In this document: in pieces, positions 62,883 through 64,000 of the stretch | How positions within the stretch are numbered: the stretch's first letter is position 1 | How the letters are laid out: every line of letters begins with the position of its first letter | NCBI GenBank assembly: GCA_951406725.2 | Contig: OX597814.1 | Coordinates: forward strand, 89,280,001 to 89,344,000 | Source: Octopus vulgaris | Taxonomy: Eukaryota | Direction of reading: 5' to 3' | Length of the DNA stretch: 64,000 nucleotides | Notes under the pieces: model-generated | Seen by the model: only the letters and a program-made list of their open reading frames with translations | Told to the model about the DNA's origin: nothing | The model's database searches: none | Position numbers and translations under genes: made by a program

Positions 62883-63925
62883 ATCATCATCATCATCGTT
62901 TAACGTCCGTTTTCCGCGCTAGCACGGGTTGGACGGTTCGACCGGGGTCTGGGAAGCCAGAGGCCACTCCAGGCTCCAGTCTGATCTGGCAGAGTTTCTA
63001 CGGCTGGATGCCCTTCCTAACGCCAACCACACCATGAGTGGAGTGGGTGCTTTTACGTGCCACCTGCACAGGGGCCGGGGGTCCGGCATCGGTCACGATC
63101 GGTTCGAGCTTTTAACGTGCCAGCGGCACGGGGGCAACGGGATCCGGAGTACTTTGGGGATCCGGGGTACTTTGAATGGGTAGGGGGTATGTGGAATTGC
63201 TGCAGAAAGCAGCCCGGGTCTTTGCAGTCACAGCATATCTCCAGAGATCTCGGTCCTTCGCCATTGCCTCAGTGAGGCCCAATGCTCTGAGGTCATGCTT
63301 GACTACTTCATCCCATGTCTTCCTGGGTCTACCTCTCCCCCTGATACCTTCAACTGTTTGGGAGTGGCACTTCTTCACACATCTCTCTTCATCCATCCGC
63401 AGCACATGACCATACCATCGCAAGCGTCGCTCTTGCACTCCACATCTGATGCTTCTTATATCCAGCATTTCTCTCAGGATGCTTACACTCTGTCTTGCGT
63501 GCACACTGACACTACACATCCAGCGGATCATGCTAGCTTCATTTCTTTCAAGTCTACGCATGTCCTCTGCAGTCACAGCCCATGTTTCATTACCGTGAAG
63601 CATGGCAGTTCGCACACATGCATCATACAGTCTACCTTTCGCTCTGAGGGAGAGACCTTTTGTTGCCAGTAGGAGTAGGGGCTTTCTGAACTTTGCCCAG
63701 GCTATTCGTATTCTAGTGGTGATACTCTCTGTGCATCCACCTCCGCTACTAACTTGGTCACTCAGGTAGCGGAAACTATCAACTACTTCTAGTTTCTCTC
63801 CCTGGAGTGTGATGGAATCTGTTTTCTGAGTGTCTGTTGTGTCTATTGTCCCTGTGCATCTGCCGCACATGAAAGCTATCTTATCTGTTAATCTCCCTTT
63901 AATGTTGCTGCACCTCTTATGTGTC
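62883..63925 (-). mobile_element. Young RTE LINE 3' part (RT C-terminus, 3' UTR, (GAT)n tail)
   Basis: Open frame WTHKRCSNIKG...VDSFRYL...RRLRWYGHVLRM...RGRGRPRKTWDEVVKHDL; same family as 54292-55170. Confidence 0.93.
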
Positions 63926-64000
63926 CATAAGAGGTGCAGCAACATTAAAGGGAAATTAACAGATAAGATAGCTTTCATGTGCAGCAGATGCACAGGGACA

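Noticed and set aside
63926-63993. Apparent N-terminus of the 293-aa ORF 63112-63993
   Set aside because: Produced by reading through the inverted duplication; not a real start

Overview
AT-rich, repeat-dense animal genomic DNA; the SINE, RTE and Penelope families and the TA/TG microsatellites look like coleoid cephalopod, probably Octopus (inference). There are two convergent spliced genes. FBXW5 (+ strand) has six phase-consistent coding exons at 4465-22959, 2289 nt, 762 aa. The 3' part of CFAP157 (- strand) has six coding exons at 59133-43703; its 5' exons were not found and are probably beyond the window. The rest is mostly decayed mobile DNA: mariner, maT-like, piggyBac, hAT, Chapaev3, Helitron, RTE, R4/Dong-like, HERO-like, Penelope-like elements and tRNA-derived SINEs. 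The most notable unannotated signals are several minimal hammerhead-ribozyme cores (two with ~90-100 nt stem II inserts, one pair as an inverted duplicate in an FBXW5 intron), two short locally templated insertions, inverted repeat pairs bracketing FBXW5 exons, a pre-miRNA-sized hairpin and several large foldbacks. Everything was read by eye; family names come from remembered motifs, not database searches.
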